This document shows, in pieces, positions 13,906-27,615 of a stretch of 64,000 nucleotides of DNA. The stretch comes from Kudoa neothunni (Eukaryota; Animalia; Cnidaria). The notes below the pieces were generated by a model. That model had not been told where the DNA came from. It searched no databases and saw only the letters and a program-made list of their open reading frames with translations. Positions within the stretch are counted from its first letter, which is position 1. The number at the start of each line of letters is the position of its first letter. The stretch spans positions 10,361,817 to 10,425,816 of the forward strand of contig OZ199838.1 in the NCBI GenBank assembly GCA_964304625.1, given 5' to 3'. Made by a program: the position numbers and the translations under genes.

Positions 13906-14303
13906 TCCTCTTGGATTCTGTATAAAAACAGTCGCTTCGTTATAATACAGCCACACATCCATTCATTTTTGTTGTACCTGATAGTTTGGAATGTTCTGGC
14001 AATTTTATACAACTTTTGCTGGAATTGTGGAAGCTCTGGGATATGTCTACCATCAGAAATAACTTTTAATTTTTTTTCGTATGAAATTTGTGAATAGATT
14101 TTAAAATAGTCGTTATTATTCATGATTCAGCCACCATTGTTACAGTAAACAAAACAGAGATTAATAATTTATTTAGTAAATTGTAATGATTCGTGTTTTT
14201 ACAAACCAAATAATTTTTTTCACCAATTTGAGACTTATCAAGCAGCATAAAAGTAGTTTAAACAAGTGTACAAAATTTTTATTTTTGACTAATTAAACGA
14301 AAG

Positions 14304-14440
14304 GTGACGAGACGCGACGCAGATTCTGCTTTCAGTGGCCAATTAACCGCCGCGCATAATCAGCGCGTGCGTCACGTTTTAGTTTCGGGCGCGCCTGTAG
14401 AATTAATAAGGGCGGCCTGAAAGCAGTGTCGGGTTGTGCT
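14304..14440. other. GC-rich structured element (ncRNA candidate or TE-derived hairpin)
   Basis: 10-bp stem CTGCTTTCAG/CTGAAAGCAG enclosing hairpins CGCGC-ATAATCA-GCGCG and CGCCT/GGGCG, in an AT-rich background. Confidence 0.35.
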
Positions 14441-15084
14441 TATGATATCGAAAAATTATCAAAATTTATTTAACATGTAGAATAATGGTCGCATTTTCCG
14501 ATAAAAGATTGTAATTAGTTCGTAAATTAATCTTACATATATTAAATTAAATTAATGTGATATTTGTTGAGCGTTTACTGATGGGAATGACTGAATTGAT
14601 TATAATAAATTTTTTTTATATTAACGTTATGCATTTACTACAATTAATTAGCTAATGCTTGCATAAAATACAGATTTATTTCTTATAGACAGAAACAATA
14701 CTAGGCAATTGCTAAGGATGAAATATAACAATCGATACAGCCTGTTGAAATAATCGCGAGGAGCTAAGAGTACAACATATAATAGATTACATCAACTATT
14801 ATTGTGATGACAAATAGCTGTTGCCAAAGTTACCCTACTGGAGATGCGACATTGATAAATACTCAATAATAAAATATTTAACAGGTTCGTTTTTGTCCGG
14901 TGTCGCTGATTTGGATTACGGCCACTATTCTACATTTTAACCAAATATTTTATTGCTCTTCGACTGTAGTAGAATCTAATTACACCATTGTTAAAAAAAT
15001 TAAAATAAAGATAAATGATGATATAAGATGAAATCACAAAATTTCAAAATTAAGTTAAACGTAAAATAACAACTCCATTCTTAA

Positions 15085-15873
15085 CACGCTCGCGCCCATG
15101 ACATGGCGAAGTTTCACCGGAATCTGCTGAATGCGCATGCGCCATAAATTATTATGAAAACACGTACCTAAGTAACATATATAACTACCGAACAAATCGT
15201 AAACGATAAAAGTTAGGATTTTTAAACTTTTGAAATTTCCAATTATACCTCCTCGCCAATGCTTCTAAGTTGAATATGTCATAACATTTGTAATAATTTT
15301 GAATTATTATTTTCAAATTTTCATATTGTTCAGAGTTTGAATTACAGATTCGGAGCAAATGTCCAGTTCTATTATATTTTGATGTTCCTTCAGTTTTTGA
15401 ATAAAAGCGAGTATTCCAGAGTTGGACTGCTCGAAACGTGAATAAAATTGACGATTAAAAATTTATGCCAAATTTGAGGTGAGTTTAATATTGTTTAGGA
15501 CTCGTTCGTAAGCATTCCACGCTATTAACGGATATTTAGGATTTTGAATGGAATATTTTTAAAAATATTCCATTAATAAGTTAATGTTAGATTTCTCAAT
15601 TTTTTTTGATAACCCTTGACATAGAAATAACTTTTGTAAAGGATCATGTCATTAATTTTACGAGTTTTAAAAATTTTGAAAGTATTTTCAATACTCGCAC
15701 TCGTTTTCGTGCACACGCACGAAAGTGTCTCCGGCAAGCTTTCGCCATACCGGTTAGCTTTAATTACTGAAAAATAGGACGCTATATTTTATTTTATATT
15801 ATTAAAAAAACAAAAGATAATTGAATTTTTCTCATAAAATATCTATTTGTATGGCGCGTGCGTCAACCAGCCG
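15085..15873. mobile_element. TTAA-flanked non-autonomous element (piggyBac-like MITE)
   Basis: TTAA on both sides. Imperfect terminal similarity (CGCTCGCGCCCAT / ATGGCGCGTGCG). Subterminal inverted pair TGGCGAAGTTTCACCGGA / TCCGGCAAGCTTTCGCCA. Confidence 0.4.
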
Positions 15874-16344
15874 TTAAGTGTGATTTGTTATTAGGCATTA
15901 TAACCTCAGGTCCCAATTTAATACGCAATACGGAGACTTAATTGTGCTTCGTTTAAATTTAATTATCTTTAGCAATAATAAGGAAAAACTACCGTGTTTT
16001 CACAAATATATGAAAGCCCTGTATTATTTTGTTATTAAAAAATGAGTCACATTATATTTTCATTTTATGTCCTAAATTAAAAACTAATTACAAAAATATC
16101 ACCAGATTTAATTTTGGCGTAGTTCTTACTCGGTGAAAGATGATACGAAATTTTTTAGCTAAAATGGCATTTAAATCGATTATAATCATTCTAGTAAGGA
16201 AAAAATAGAAAAATTGCATTCAATTGCCCGATCGACCACATATGATATGATAGCGTGTGACATTATTTGTTTGAAAATTTTATTTCGCCGCGCGCACAAA
16301 GACAAGGAAATTGTAGTTAGCCGCTCATTTTATCTCTCGTTACT

Positions 16345-17120
16345 ATGGATATTTCATGGATATCCCATTATATTGAATCATTTTCCTCTCTAACACACAA
16401 TAAAACTCTCCAACCATTGGCTATTGTTATATCGGTAGTAAATTTTATTGACTTTGCTTTAAGTTATTTATTTAGGTGAATTTTCTTCCTCACCTGCTCA
16501 ATGAATCTAGTGAATTAATATGCTTAATATGTGACGGAAAATCCAAAATAAAATGTATTATGACCTGCAAAGCTTTGAAGGAGCTTGTTGACAAAATTAA
16601 GGATTTCACCCAGGAACGTTTGTATGGGGCCACTGTTAAGTTGTTAGAATTTCAAGTTAGCCAGAGGAAAAATGTAAATTTATTATTTGTGATTTTTAAT
16701 GGTTGATTTTAGTGCCTGAGTTTTGAGCCATTCCTAGAAGTGAATTCAATTGAGATTATGAAAGAAAGATTAAAAGGTGCTGGCATCGATCCAAAAACGC
16801 TGCCCACAGTTTTCAAGGTTAGCTCTCGTGCAGAGGAAAACTGGCAAAAATTCAAACTTGCACATTTTGTGAGGGATCTCTCTAAGACTATTGAAGAGGA
16901 ATTTCCACCCACGTCGAACCACCAAAACCTGCAGGATACCAATCGAAACTCATTTAACGATTTATTGGATAACTCCAATGATACATCCAAAAAATGGTCA
17001 GAAAAAACCAACACCCAATCTTCACTCAAACCTTTCGATGTGTTTTTGAATAAATTTATTACCAATATCGACAATCACATGCTCACAAAAATTCCTGGCC
17101 TAACCACAAAAAAATCTTAA
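16345..17120 (+). CDS. ACD: TPP1/ACD (Est3)-like OB-fold telomere protein; 3' end unresolved (may extend to 17256 or about 17278)
   Basis: MDISWISHYI...LICLICDGKSKIKCIMTCKAL...GATVKLLEFQ|CLSFEPFLEVNSIEIM matches the recalled TPP1 OB pattern PWIRE...LLVSDGTHSVRCLVTREAL...GRLLLLQD...FYLQVDRFSLL. Two short introns. Confidence 0.65.
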
Positions 17121-18219
17121 TCCGAACACACCCAAAGGCGCCTCATTAGCAGACGCTATCACTGTATCGGATGTCTCCGATGACAGCGACCAAATCACCT
17201 ACGACTTTAACTCACCAAATGCGTTCCCATCAAATCGTGGTATCTTATGTAATTGAAAAACTCGGTGTTATCAAATAAAATTAGCCATCGTACGCAACCA
17301 TCACTCTAGCGATAATCAATGGCTTTTGAACCAAATACACAAAATAATAACTGAAGACTACGAAAGTATTGGCATTGTTCAAAAAAACAGGGAAAACTGA
17401 ACCAACTGATTTACCCCCATAAACACACACACACATTGTATACATGACAAAATTGTATTTTATGAAATGGCTATTTTTAAGTCAAATTGTTCATCAATAC
17501 TTGGGAAGATTTATATCCTACAGTTGAATTTAATCAATTGAAACCCTTGATGCAAAACTTACCATAAATCTTATTGCTTTATTATACCAATACACTGAAT
17601 AGGCTGTAGTGAAGCAGGTCAACTAAATGCACATAGAAACTATTTCATAAGAAAACACATACATAACAAGTAGCGAAATATATCGAGGTTTGCGTAAGTT
17701 GTTGATTTCGATAGATATTTCTAAAACCCTGCGTCCACATACTGATACTGCGCGAGATATTTAAAATTCGTAAACGCCTCGTAAATAGTCGCTAGAACAA
17801 ATGACAAGTTTTTTAGTATACTTTTTAGTTTCAAAAAAATTCAATAATTATTTTAGTTTAAATTTCATTTTTTTGATTTAGGTGGTGTTTATCACAATTG
17901 TTTTCGTACAATTTTTATGAAAAATACAGAGCGCCAAATTAGAAAAGGTTTAAACTGGGAATGTATAAGTCATTTATTATCCATTTATCAATTAATTTTA
18001 TATAATGATTTTTTCAAATAAAGTTGGTTAAATGAGTGATTGTATGTTGAATAATATTAAGTTTGTAAAAACTTAATTGATTAATTAATCTTTTTAATCA
18101 AGACAAAAAATTGTTCCCTGCATTTAAATAAACCCTCAAAAATTCATTATTCATAAATTATAATCAAAAAGTTAATATCATGGGTGTTCGACTTCAGCTA
18201 ATCATAAAAGACTCCAAAA

Positions 18220-18789
18220 CAGGGGTTCTCAACCGGGGGATAAATTAAGTGACATCATATTTTGACATTGACAGAGGCAATTTCTACATAAAGGGATTTG
18301 TGGCGTACATTAGGTTTTCTAAGGAATTATATTATTCGTGGCTATTAAACACGTTAAAAAGTCGGTAGAAATGCATAAAATGTTTTTATGAATAAATATT
18401 TAACAATTATATATAAAACTATAATCGGTCTCTTCCTTATACGGTTCGTTTATTTTTTAGTGATGCAACCTAATAATAATCTACTATCTATATCTACTGT
18501 ATATATAAAGCTGAAGTGTCCGTGTGTGTGTCAACAACAGGGATTGGCAAAAATTAATTGCAATTAGTACACCTAAAAAAAGTTTTATCTAATATTTAAA
18601 AATCATTAACTGTCGTTTCAGTCTTCTTTTTATATTAAAAATTCAATGGTTACAACATATTTTTTCAATTTGAACATAATGTTTCATTTTTGACGTATAA
18701 CAAGAGAATTCTTCAATGAAACCATCAAGTGATGGTAAAATTTTAATATATCTATTTATTCAACAACGAGAAAAGATCGAGAACCCCCG
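18220..18789 (+). mobile_element. hAT (Charlie/MER5-like) MITE copy, interrupted by a Helitron-like 5' end at about 18480
   Basis: CAGGGGTTCTCAACCGG terminus. Its first ~260 bp align to 31364-31640. Degenerate right end GAGAACCCCCG. Inserted TCTACTATCTATATC..TATATAAA..GTGTGTGTG segment. Confidence 0.6.
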
Positions 18790-19548
18790 TTATAATGTTA
18801 TCTTTTTACATTACCAACGAAAAAAGTTGGAGCAGTTTTGATCTCCATCGAGCTACATAATAATTTGAAATTCTTAGGTTTTCTCGTGTCGAAATAGGCT
18901 GGAAGCACGTTTAACTTAATTACGTTCGCTTGTACTTCACATTTTATTCACTTCATGCATATTCGACATATTATTGCTTATTTAAGAATTAAAACTTAAA
19001 AATTGGTCGGTAGACAAGAATTTTACTCTTTTAAAACGTGATCTTTGTATTTTATTGTTCAAAGTCTTTTCACAATTAATTTAATAATAATAAAAAATAT
19101 TGAGTGTAAAATTTCGTCTCAAAAAATTGATAAATTCTTATTTGTTCGACATCGTGCTCACGCGTAATTGCCATGCTATTTGCATATTATTGCACATCAC
19201 TTCCTTAAAATAATTGTTTCATTAAGAAATTAACATACAAATTACTAATGTGCTCTGTTAACCGAATGTTATACCAAAATGGAATTTTTAAGTTTTATAG
19301 ACAAACATCCGCTTCATATTTTCGTCTTCGGAAAATCTAATGCAACCTTTAATTTCAAAATTTTTAAATATTATCGGTTGACGATCGGACAATATCGTTA
19401 GAAAATTTTAATAATCAAATACTGGCATAATTACGGTCAGATGCTAACAGAAATGATAATATACGGCTATCACAAATTAATTTTTCGAGATTAGTATGGA
19501 AATCCGATAAGACCAAAATTCCGAAATCCGCATTAACGAAACGATAGA

Positions 19549-19876
19549 ATGACCACGCAGGTAAGAAATTCAAATGCCGTTTGTACGTGGCAGGTTTGTT
19601 AAGGTTGTGCCACAGTTACGCTCCAGAAAACACTGGAAGCAAAAAATATGGTTAAGTTATTTTATCACCGCCGCCTTTACCTTTTATGTAATGCGTTCCA
19701 AGATTATGTATGATGCAGTAATAATTTGTGTTATATATGGTAAATACACCGACTCAATAAATTTGTAGGTAAATTTTGCAAAGGAACCACCTCGAGGAAA
19801 TTACTGGAGGCTTAATCACAACAAGAAGGATTCATATATGGCTTATTTGTTGAGGCACATTCCAGAAATGATATGA
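19549..19876 (+). CDS. Small (~67 aa) single-pass membrane protein, unidentified
   Basis: MTTQ|VVPQLRSRKHWKQKIWLSYFITAAFTFY|VNFAKEPPRGNYWRLNHNKKDSYMAYLLRHIPEMI*, using GTAAGA..AAG (43 nt) and GTAATG..TAG introns. Confidence 0.55.
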
Positions 19877-20023
19877 CACCAAAATTTTGTTTTTCGTATA
19901 AAAACAGAAATGAACTGGCTAAAATGTTTATAAATATTGTTTGTATGAGTTTGTTTGCTTTAGCAAGAGTTTAAAACGCTTCTAATGGGTTAATCAAAAA
20001 GTTGCTGGCGGGTAGGAGAGCAT

Positions 20024-21514
20024 TTAATGGAAGGGTGGTATGGTCACAGTGTCGGGTTTGGTATCCAAATTTTTGTCGACTCTATCAATATTGTGAGATA
20101 GATTGTAATTGTTGTCGATATGTTGAATGCCCATATCCAATTTTCTCCATAGGCGAATTTGCTAAAAGGGGCAGCAATAAAATCTTACAGTCATATTCTA
20201 ACTAATTTTACCTCACGCTTGAAATAGCGTCGACCACTCTCATCGAATGCAGATATATAAACAAAGTAGCTCACAGCGACCTTGTCGTTGACCACATCAA
20301 TGGATGGCGTGAGTTTAATGCCTTCTAGAAAAATTCGAAAGGGGATGGTGTCACCTATTTGATAGATAATGAGTTTATTTGTATCAAAAATAAAGTAAAA
20401 GGTGCATTCGCACAGCCGAACGAGCCTTATTCTGGAGGGATTTTTGTCGAATAAATTTTCTTTGAAATAAAGTTAAAATAAAGTGTGTTGACATGACAAC
20501 ATTAATAATACATCAAAAACTAATTCTACCCCCAGCACAAAAACCCCCCAAACAATCAAACAATATTCACCTACCTTTAGAAGGATTACCATCCAATAGC
20601 TCATACACGGCAACATCTTCAATGTGTGAAACGTAATCATCTTCGAAACCTAAAATAGAACAAATATTATTGTTTGGTGTGCGAACGATTTGAGAAATTA
20701 CCGTTATCATAAACGATTTCATGTCGTTCAATGACTAATTCCATTTTTTTGATAGGCAGATTCACAAGTTTCCAAGTAACTCTTCCAATAATCACATCCT
20801 TTAAATGGAAATCGAGTTTGTTTAATTCAAGATCCATCAGTATACACTTTTTCAAACCAATCTCAGTGTAATAGCTAGAGAAATTTTAATATGGGATATA
20901 CATGCCAAATGTAATCAAATCAAGAGTGGCATACGTGTGTGATACTTTCGGGGCAATCGAATACAAATTCACGCTCAAATAGTAGGGTATTTTGATTTCA
21001 CTCATCGATCTCAAAATTCTGCCCACAACAATATATCTACAATAGTTGCAGTTAGTGTGTGTGTACATTAATACAAACACCAACTAACCGAATTGATACA
21101 GTAGTTCCATAGAAACTTTCGCAGGGTTTTTTCTGATTTTTAAACTCGAACGGTAGCACCTGATCTTCAGTGATGTATCCTGGTTGTAGCAAACATTTAA
21201 ATTCATGAACAAATGGAGGAAATGTGGTCGAATCAACATGTACATCCACAATAGCCACAAATGTCACTGAGATTCCTTTGTGTTCGAGTTTTTTGCCTGG
21301 TTTCTTCAGGTAGATGTGCATCTTTGGAAAAAAATTTAAACATTCAATTTTATTTTCAAAAACAAAATAATTCAACCTTTCCGCGAACTGTTTCACCATC
21401 TGTATAAATATAACGTTTGGTTTCTTCGTCTGCCGTTTGAATTTGTTCGTAGGGACGATTTTCGATGTCATCCAACTCGATTTTTATGGTAGCTGACTGC
21501 CCGAAATTGAACAT
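20024..21514 (-). CDS. VPS26: Vacuolar protein sorting 26 (retromer subunit)
   Basis: MFNFGQSATIKIEL, YTDGETVRGK, KPGKKLEHKGI, KPCESFYG, ELNKLDFHLKDVIIG, RRYFKREQIRLWR. Multiple short introns. Confidence 0.93.
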
Positions 21515-21948
21515 TTTTAATTTTCAAATAATCGCAGCTCAGAATGGATAGCAACTCTTGAAAGAATGACTGTGTTTGAGTGTGATTATAATCCGCTTGT
21601 TAATCCTGCGCAATCATACTTATCATATTAATTAAGGTGAAAATATTGTTTTCCCTTATTTTATTAACATGTAATTATGAGTTTTTATAGTAAAATAGAT
21701 AGTGTGTACACAAAGTAGATGATTAGTTTATCATGAACATTATCACAGATAATTAATATAAATTTGTTTTTCCGACGTCTAATCCTTATTAATAACAACT
21801 TTGGCATTTTTTGAAATGATATTTCTGCTTTGAGTTGAGTTAATGTGTCTGGTGGGCAAAGTTTTTCCTACATGCCATAATAATAACAACCATGAATTTG
21901 ATTTTTAATTACACACTTGCGCATATGTCTGTTATTAAATTGATATTA

Positions 21949-23777
21949 CAGCAAGGCCTCGATATAGCGTAATTAGTAATTTTTTCATTGTTTTCCAACA
22001 TAAAAAGTTCAAATAAATGTGCCAATTATTCGTAAACAAGTTCTAAAATATTATATTAAATGTTTGGTTCAACCAACTTCAAAATTATGGAAATCAATGG
22101 CCTCGCTATTGCGAGGCTTTTTTGATGGAATAATCCGATTAATCCTATATTTGACATGTTAAAAAAACAATGTTAGCAATATCTCAACGAAGAATAGAGG
22201 ACAAAAATTAAATAATTCAATATTACGACTAGATTAACGCGAATCAGGTGCCAAAATGAGGATAATGAAGCATTTTAACCTACCAAGTAGTGATTAGATA
22301 TAAGCTTTTCCGGAATAATAATAATAATAGGTAATTCCTCCATCGGTATGATATAATTAAAAATATTTTATTTGGTTTTTTCAAACATATCAATTGATTA
22401 ATACGAACTTTTCATGGAAAATGCGCCCAGATTGAGAGTAAGTTGTAAAGTGGATTGTTCGCGCACAAGAAAAAAAGAAAAACATCTCAAAATTTAAAAT
22501 TAATGAAAAGGCCATTCTTACAACAAATAAGCTTTAAATTAAAAACTTTTATTATAATAATGGGTGGTTTTCAAATTTCAACGAGCCATATATTTTAAAA
22601 ACCACATGCTCTGCGGAGAGGCCGATGGTGTGGATCTGATGGCGGTTAATGAATGGATTGAAAATTTGTAAGGCGTAATAAGTAGTTATAATCAATAATA
22701 ATGTTAATCCTGGCGAAGCTGCTCATCTTTCGAACAACTTTCCCGGCGTACATGTACAACAACAACAACAACGAAATCCATGAGAGGAGCTATAAAAAAT
22801 AAAAAAAGAGATTTTATTTTTGTAACTGCCTCGTTCTACGGCGAAAAAAATACTGTTTTATGTTATCAGTAAGTTTTAAAAAAATGACTGAATATCAGCT
22901 GTCATTTTCTATGATATACTAATAATCATTAATAATAAATTTATTCGAGGAAGTAGAAACGATTTTATGCTACTGAATCAATGTCCTCTCATCACCAATA
23001 TATGATTTGTTAAAAAATATCAATTTGCTTTTTCTCCCAAAAATTACACCCGGCATCGTGCAACCAAAGGACCTCTGTGTTATTCATAGTCTCAGAGCAA
23101 ACTATACATAAATTTTTCCAAAAATTCTTCTATTTGATGGTGAAGCCACAAATAACCCCAAATACACTATATAAATTGTCTAAATACCCTAAGAAATGTT
23201 TGGAAAACAATCAGTAAGACTGTTATTGTAAATTATTCCGAGAAATCTCCTGTTGTTGGCAATTGTGGTTTTTCCAATTAAAAATATTTAACGTATTTAA
23301 TAATAAATCTATAATTGGTTCTAATCAAGAAAATTATGAAATTATTGATGGTACCAGTTGTTGTTTGTTTCGATTATTTTAGATGACGTCGATGATGCTT
23401 ATGATATGGAAGAAGCTGAAACTGTTTAAGAAAATTTATCTGAGATCTATGATATAAATAACTTTAAAATCTGTGTGTTTAACGAAGATCGCGACTTTGG
23501 TTTCGAAAACAAACATTTTCAACGTAACAACTAAAAGTTTCTACCAACACAATTAGAAAATCCTTCGGCCTCACTCTCTATCTTTCTCTACATCCTGTTA
23601 TGGATCAAATATAAAAATATTTAAAAGTCGAAAAAATTAAAATAGATAGCAATTTCGTCAAAAAAATTGAAATATAAGGGTTGTGTCTACGTGCGTGGGT
23701 CCTAGATATTGCGAGGGGTCTTGCTATTGCGTGGTAAATTGCATTCCCAAAAAACTCCATATATCGAGGCCTTACTG
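21949..23777 (+). mobile_element. Full-length decayed pogo/Tigger-like DNA transposon
   Basis: TIRs CAGCAAGGCCTCGATATA / TATATCGAGGCCTTACTG with TA target duplication. Remnant FLP..TPGIVQPKDLCVIHSLRANY. Confidence 0.85.
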
Positions 23778-24940
23778 TATGTTAATGTTGGTTCGTATAG
23801 TAGTAATATCCAGCTGATTTTAACTGCTAAAATGGATTATTTTTTTGAATATAAAAAAGCACTGGCTATTGACACGGAAGTTTTTAATCTAAAACGACAG
23901 CTACGCGTGCACGGCCCCCATTTTTAATCCCGTTAACTCCTATTTATAATTGATCTATAAAGTTTATTTTTTAGAATCTGCTTTATTTAATTATACCTAC
24001 CTGGACATTATGACCGTGTCATTAACCACTTACATTTAAAAATGGATGTGGAGATTAACACTAATTTAATAGAGATTGTTGCAAAATATATCCTATATAT
24101 TATATGTAATTGAATCATTGTGATAAACATAATGAATAGTGGTACTTACAAATGTATAGCATTCCTACTTTATGATCTGACAGGCGTAATCTATTATATT
24201 TTTAATACATTTACCTTTGATATATTGTTTGTGTGGCTATTGTGTAGGTTTAAATAAGGTTTGGCGAGTATAACTTGAATAATCTAAATCGAATGAAAGT
24301 CGACGATTTTGAATTCAGATTACAATAGATATTGTTATCCGAAAGATTTTAATAGAGTTATGTTTTGAACTCATTGAATATCCAGTTTAATAAGTTTTAA
24401 TTTATTCGAAGTCCGGGAAAAATTAAGTTTCATTGTAAGCTGTACGAATTACATAAATTTTGACTATGTTAAATTAAAATCGTAAATATTTATTTTAGTT
24501 TTTTTATTATTTAATACAAAATCAATGAATAAGGAGGAATTCATAAATTTTTATCGTACTCAAACAACTTTTCTTATGAGTCGTGCGTCATGTGCAGGAG
24601 TATGACCAATTTTATAAAAGTGCCTGATAAAGTTAACTCTTAATATTAAATATCTCTAACAAACGTAATATATAAGTTTATACTGTTAAATTTTTGGAAT
24701 ATAGATAATTAAATAATATCATTAATCTGAAATTATTATGATTTAAAGCAGAAGTTCCCGACAGGTTATTCATCATTTACCTCCTAAAATTGATGTTTTC
24801 ACTACTTAACCCCTACGCTTACTTAGGATCAGTTCAAAACTAAAAAAAATTTAATGAAAAATTAATGCATAACATACGAATAAATATGATAAAAAGGAAA
24901 ACATACAAAAAATAAGGAACGAAATTTAAAATTATTTATA

Positions 24941-25384
24941 CAATGCGACCTCGGAATTCAACAAAAATTTTTGGGTCAGAAACATTTTTGAGTTAGAACA
25001 TATATAGAAAAGGGTATTCAGAAAAAATCCAATTGGAGCATAAAACAGAGAAGAAAAGAAATTCTAGCAGAAGATTCACTCAATCAAACTGAGCGAACGT
25101 CATCGAAAGAAAACCCATTATAATCTACTGTATGACAACCAAAAAATATTTATCCTATATTTCATTTTTATTATTATGCTTTATATTTATTTGTTATATT
25201 TTATAAAAACAAGGTTTTCTTGTTTTTTAATAAATTAGAATAAAAATAGTCATTTATTTGATGCGCATAACGGATTAAACTAGTTTTCCTTATTATGCAT
25301 GGGAAAAAATTTTCAGAATTCGAAAAAATCGGGGTTCGAACACACTTCTAGAATGGATTATTGTCGAGGTCCGAGGTTGTGCTG
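24941..25384 (+). mobile_element. Tigger/pogo-type MITE (family copy 1)
   Basis: TIR CAATGCGACCTCGGA / TCCGAGGTTGTGCTG. Colinear with 47191-47617. Confidence 0.8.
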
Positions 25385-26408
25385 CACAAAAAATATTGCA
25401 ATATAACTGGATATATAAAATTAGTTTTGTACAATTTTTTCTTCCTCGTGAACAGGACATTTTTAAAAAATACACAATATTTTGATTTTGAAAAACCCGA
25501 AACTATACAGAATCGTACTGCATAGCGAGATATTGAATAATTCAGGATCCGGTAAATAGCTTTTTTGTGACGAATCAATTATACTATATACTATACATAA
25601 TAGTTTTAGGCTTAATATGATGTTCAGCAATTTACTATTGGTTTAAAACCAATGTGTTATATTATTTGAATGATAATGTGACAGAGGAAAAACTCCAATC
25701 GTCCGACAAAATCAACGTTAGAAAATAAGTAAAATTTTATTGTCTTGAAAATAGTAATATCTTGACCTTTTGACTTTTAAATGAATTTTGAAAATATTTA
25801 ATTATTTTCAAATTGTTCGCATTAACTTTGCATGTGTACTTTATCTGATATAAATGAAAATTTAGTAAAAGTTCATAGTGATTTCTCTTTTTCAGATGCG
25901 CCGTATATTGTAACTTTAAGAAAAATCTAAAAATGAGATATATTTTTATAAATTCAGTATACTGTTTTAATTTTCAAGGTTATAAAGCAGTGACAATTTT
26001 AATGCAATAAGTAAGTTGAATATTTAATATTTTAATCATTCTTTTAGTGAATATACTAAAAAAATTATTAAAACACAGAAATGAATTATTTTTATGAATA
26101 AAAATGTAAAAAATAATTTAGAGCAGTCACGAACTCTAAGTATATTTGACAACTGCGCCTTTTTCATAACAATTCTAACATACAGCAATGTTATACAATC
26201 AAATTTTTCTACTTAAGAGCTTTTAATTAGAAAGCGTACACTGCCTTAATTTTGGTAGCATCTTTTCAGCTGGCGGATATACTCACATGTTGAATATGTC
26301 GATAAAAAACTATTGTTTTAATCATTATTGACCGGCATTTGAAACCACAACCAAATAGACAGAATTCCCAATTCGTGGATCGCGCGCATGCAGTATAACT
26401 GAATTTAA

Positions 26409-27615
26409 ATGCGTATCCTTCTAGGTATTTTTCGACACATTCTCCTTCAATAATTCATATCTTTTAAGGAAGCGGCTCCGGATACATTGGAAATAAGATA
26501 AAGTCTTTTTTGTGCGCTAAAGGACACCGGGTTGAAACCATTTCAAGGGATAAAAATAGGGGAACCTACACATGGGTTTTTATATTTTATATTTAAATAT
26601 TTGTTTAAAAATAATAGAATGATCTAAATAATAACGACATCAGGGGCTCTTTTGATGCAGTTATCGATATGAGTGGAAAAAATATTCGCACTCGGTAACA
26701 AAACTAATTCAGTTAAGTTCATTTTAAATTTACTTCCTACAAAAGGAATTGGTCTGACGTTGTTTCGAGCAGAAAGCTTGCCTGTGAAACTATAGTGAAA
26801 TGGATTTCACGTCAGCAAACACCCCCAAAAATCTGGATAGCACCGTCTGCAATGGGTGGGTTTTGAGCGTATTTATTGATTCTGATTGCTTTGAATTACA
26901 CTTTAGGGATTTACCCATGTGGAAGGGATAAAACTTGGGTAGAAGAAGACATGGAGTGTTGTTCTGATGCATCAACATCACCTCAACATTTGACCAAGAT
27001 GCAAAATTTTGTCTTGGATTGGGAAAGGAGTCAGCTATTACCCAAAGAATTGAATGATTATGTTTCTCAGGTATCGCTTCGACTTGGAATAGTTCTAGGA
27101 AATGGAAGCGAGTTTATGAAAGTATTGCAAAATACGATTAACAAACATATCGCATGTAACCAAGATTTTAATTGGCCCGTTTTGAATTTAGAGAAATTAG
27201 ATTGTTTTTATTTATAGTTCAATTAGAACCTGGGATTCAAATTGTACCATGGGTGCATGTTGATGATGTTGTTGGGGCTGTCACACATTGTATAGAGCGA
27301 GGCCAAAAATCGCTTATTCATGGGCCCTACAATGTGGTATCTCCCATGGCATTCAGCACCTCTTATGAAAATATTCTCGAAAATATGCAACATTATACTT
27401 TTAAACGTCAGATATTCTACATGTTACCGAAATTTGGACGCTCGATTATAAGATTTTCGTCTTCACACCTGTTAGAATTATATTTTGGGAAGGAGCTCTA
27501 TAATATGATTGCAAAAAGTCAAAAAGTTGCGCCGGAACGTCTCAATCAAGAAGGATACACCTTCCAATTTAGCAGGGTCGACATGGCCATAAAAAATTCT
27601 CTAAACATAAACTAA
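26409..27615 (+). CDS. SDR39U1: Epimerase family protein SDR39U1
   Basis: MRILLG|SGSGYIG Rossmann motif, VSLRLGIVLG, PGIQIVPWVHVDD, GPYNVVSP, SQKVAPERLNQEGYTFQF. Confidence 0.9.

Noticed and set aside
14304-14440. Telomerase RNA or hammerhead ribozyme interpretation of the GC-rich structure
   Set aside because: No CTAACCCT-type template nearby and no P6.1. The hammerhead core is defective (CTGATTA, GTG at the cleavage triplet).
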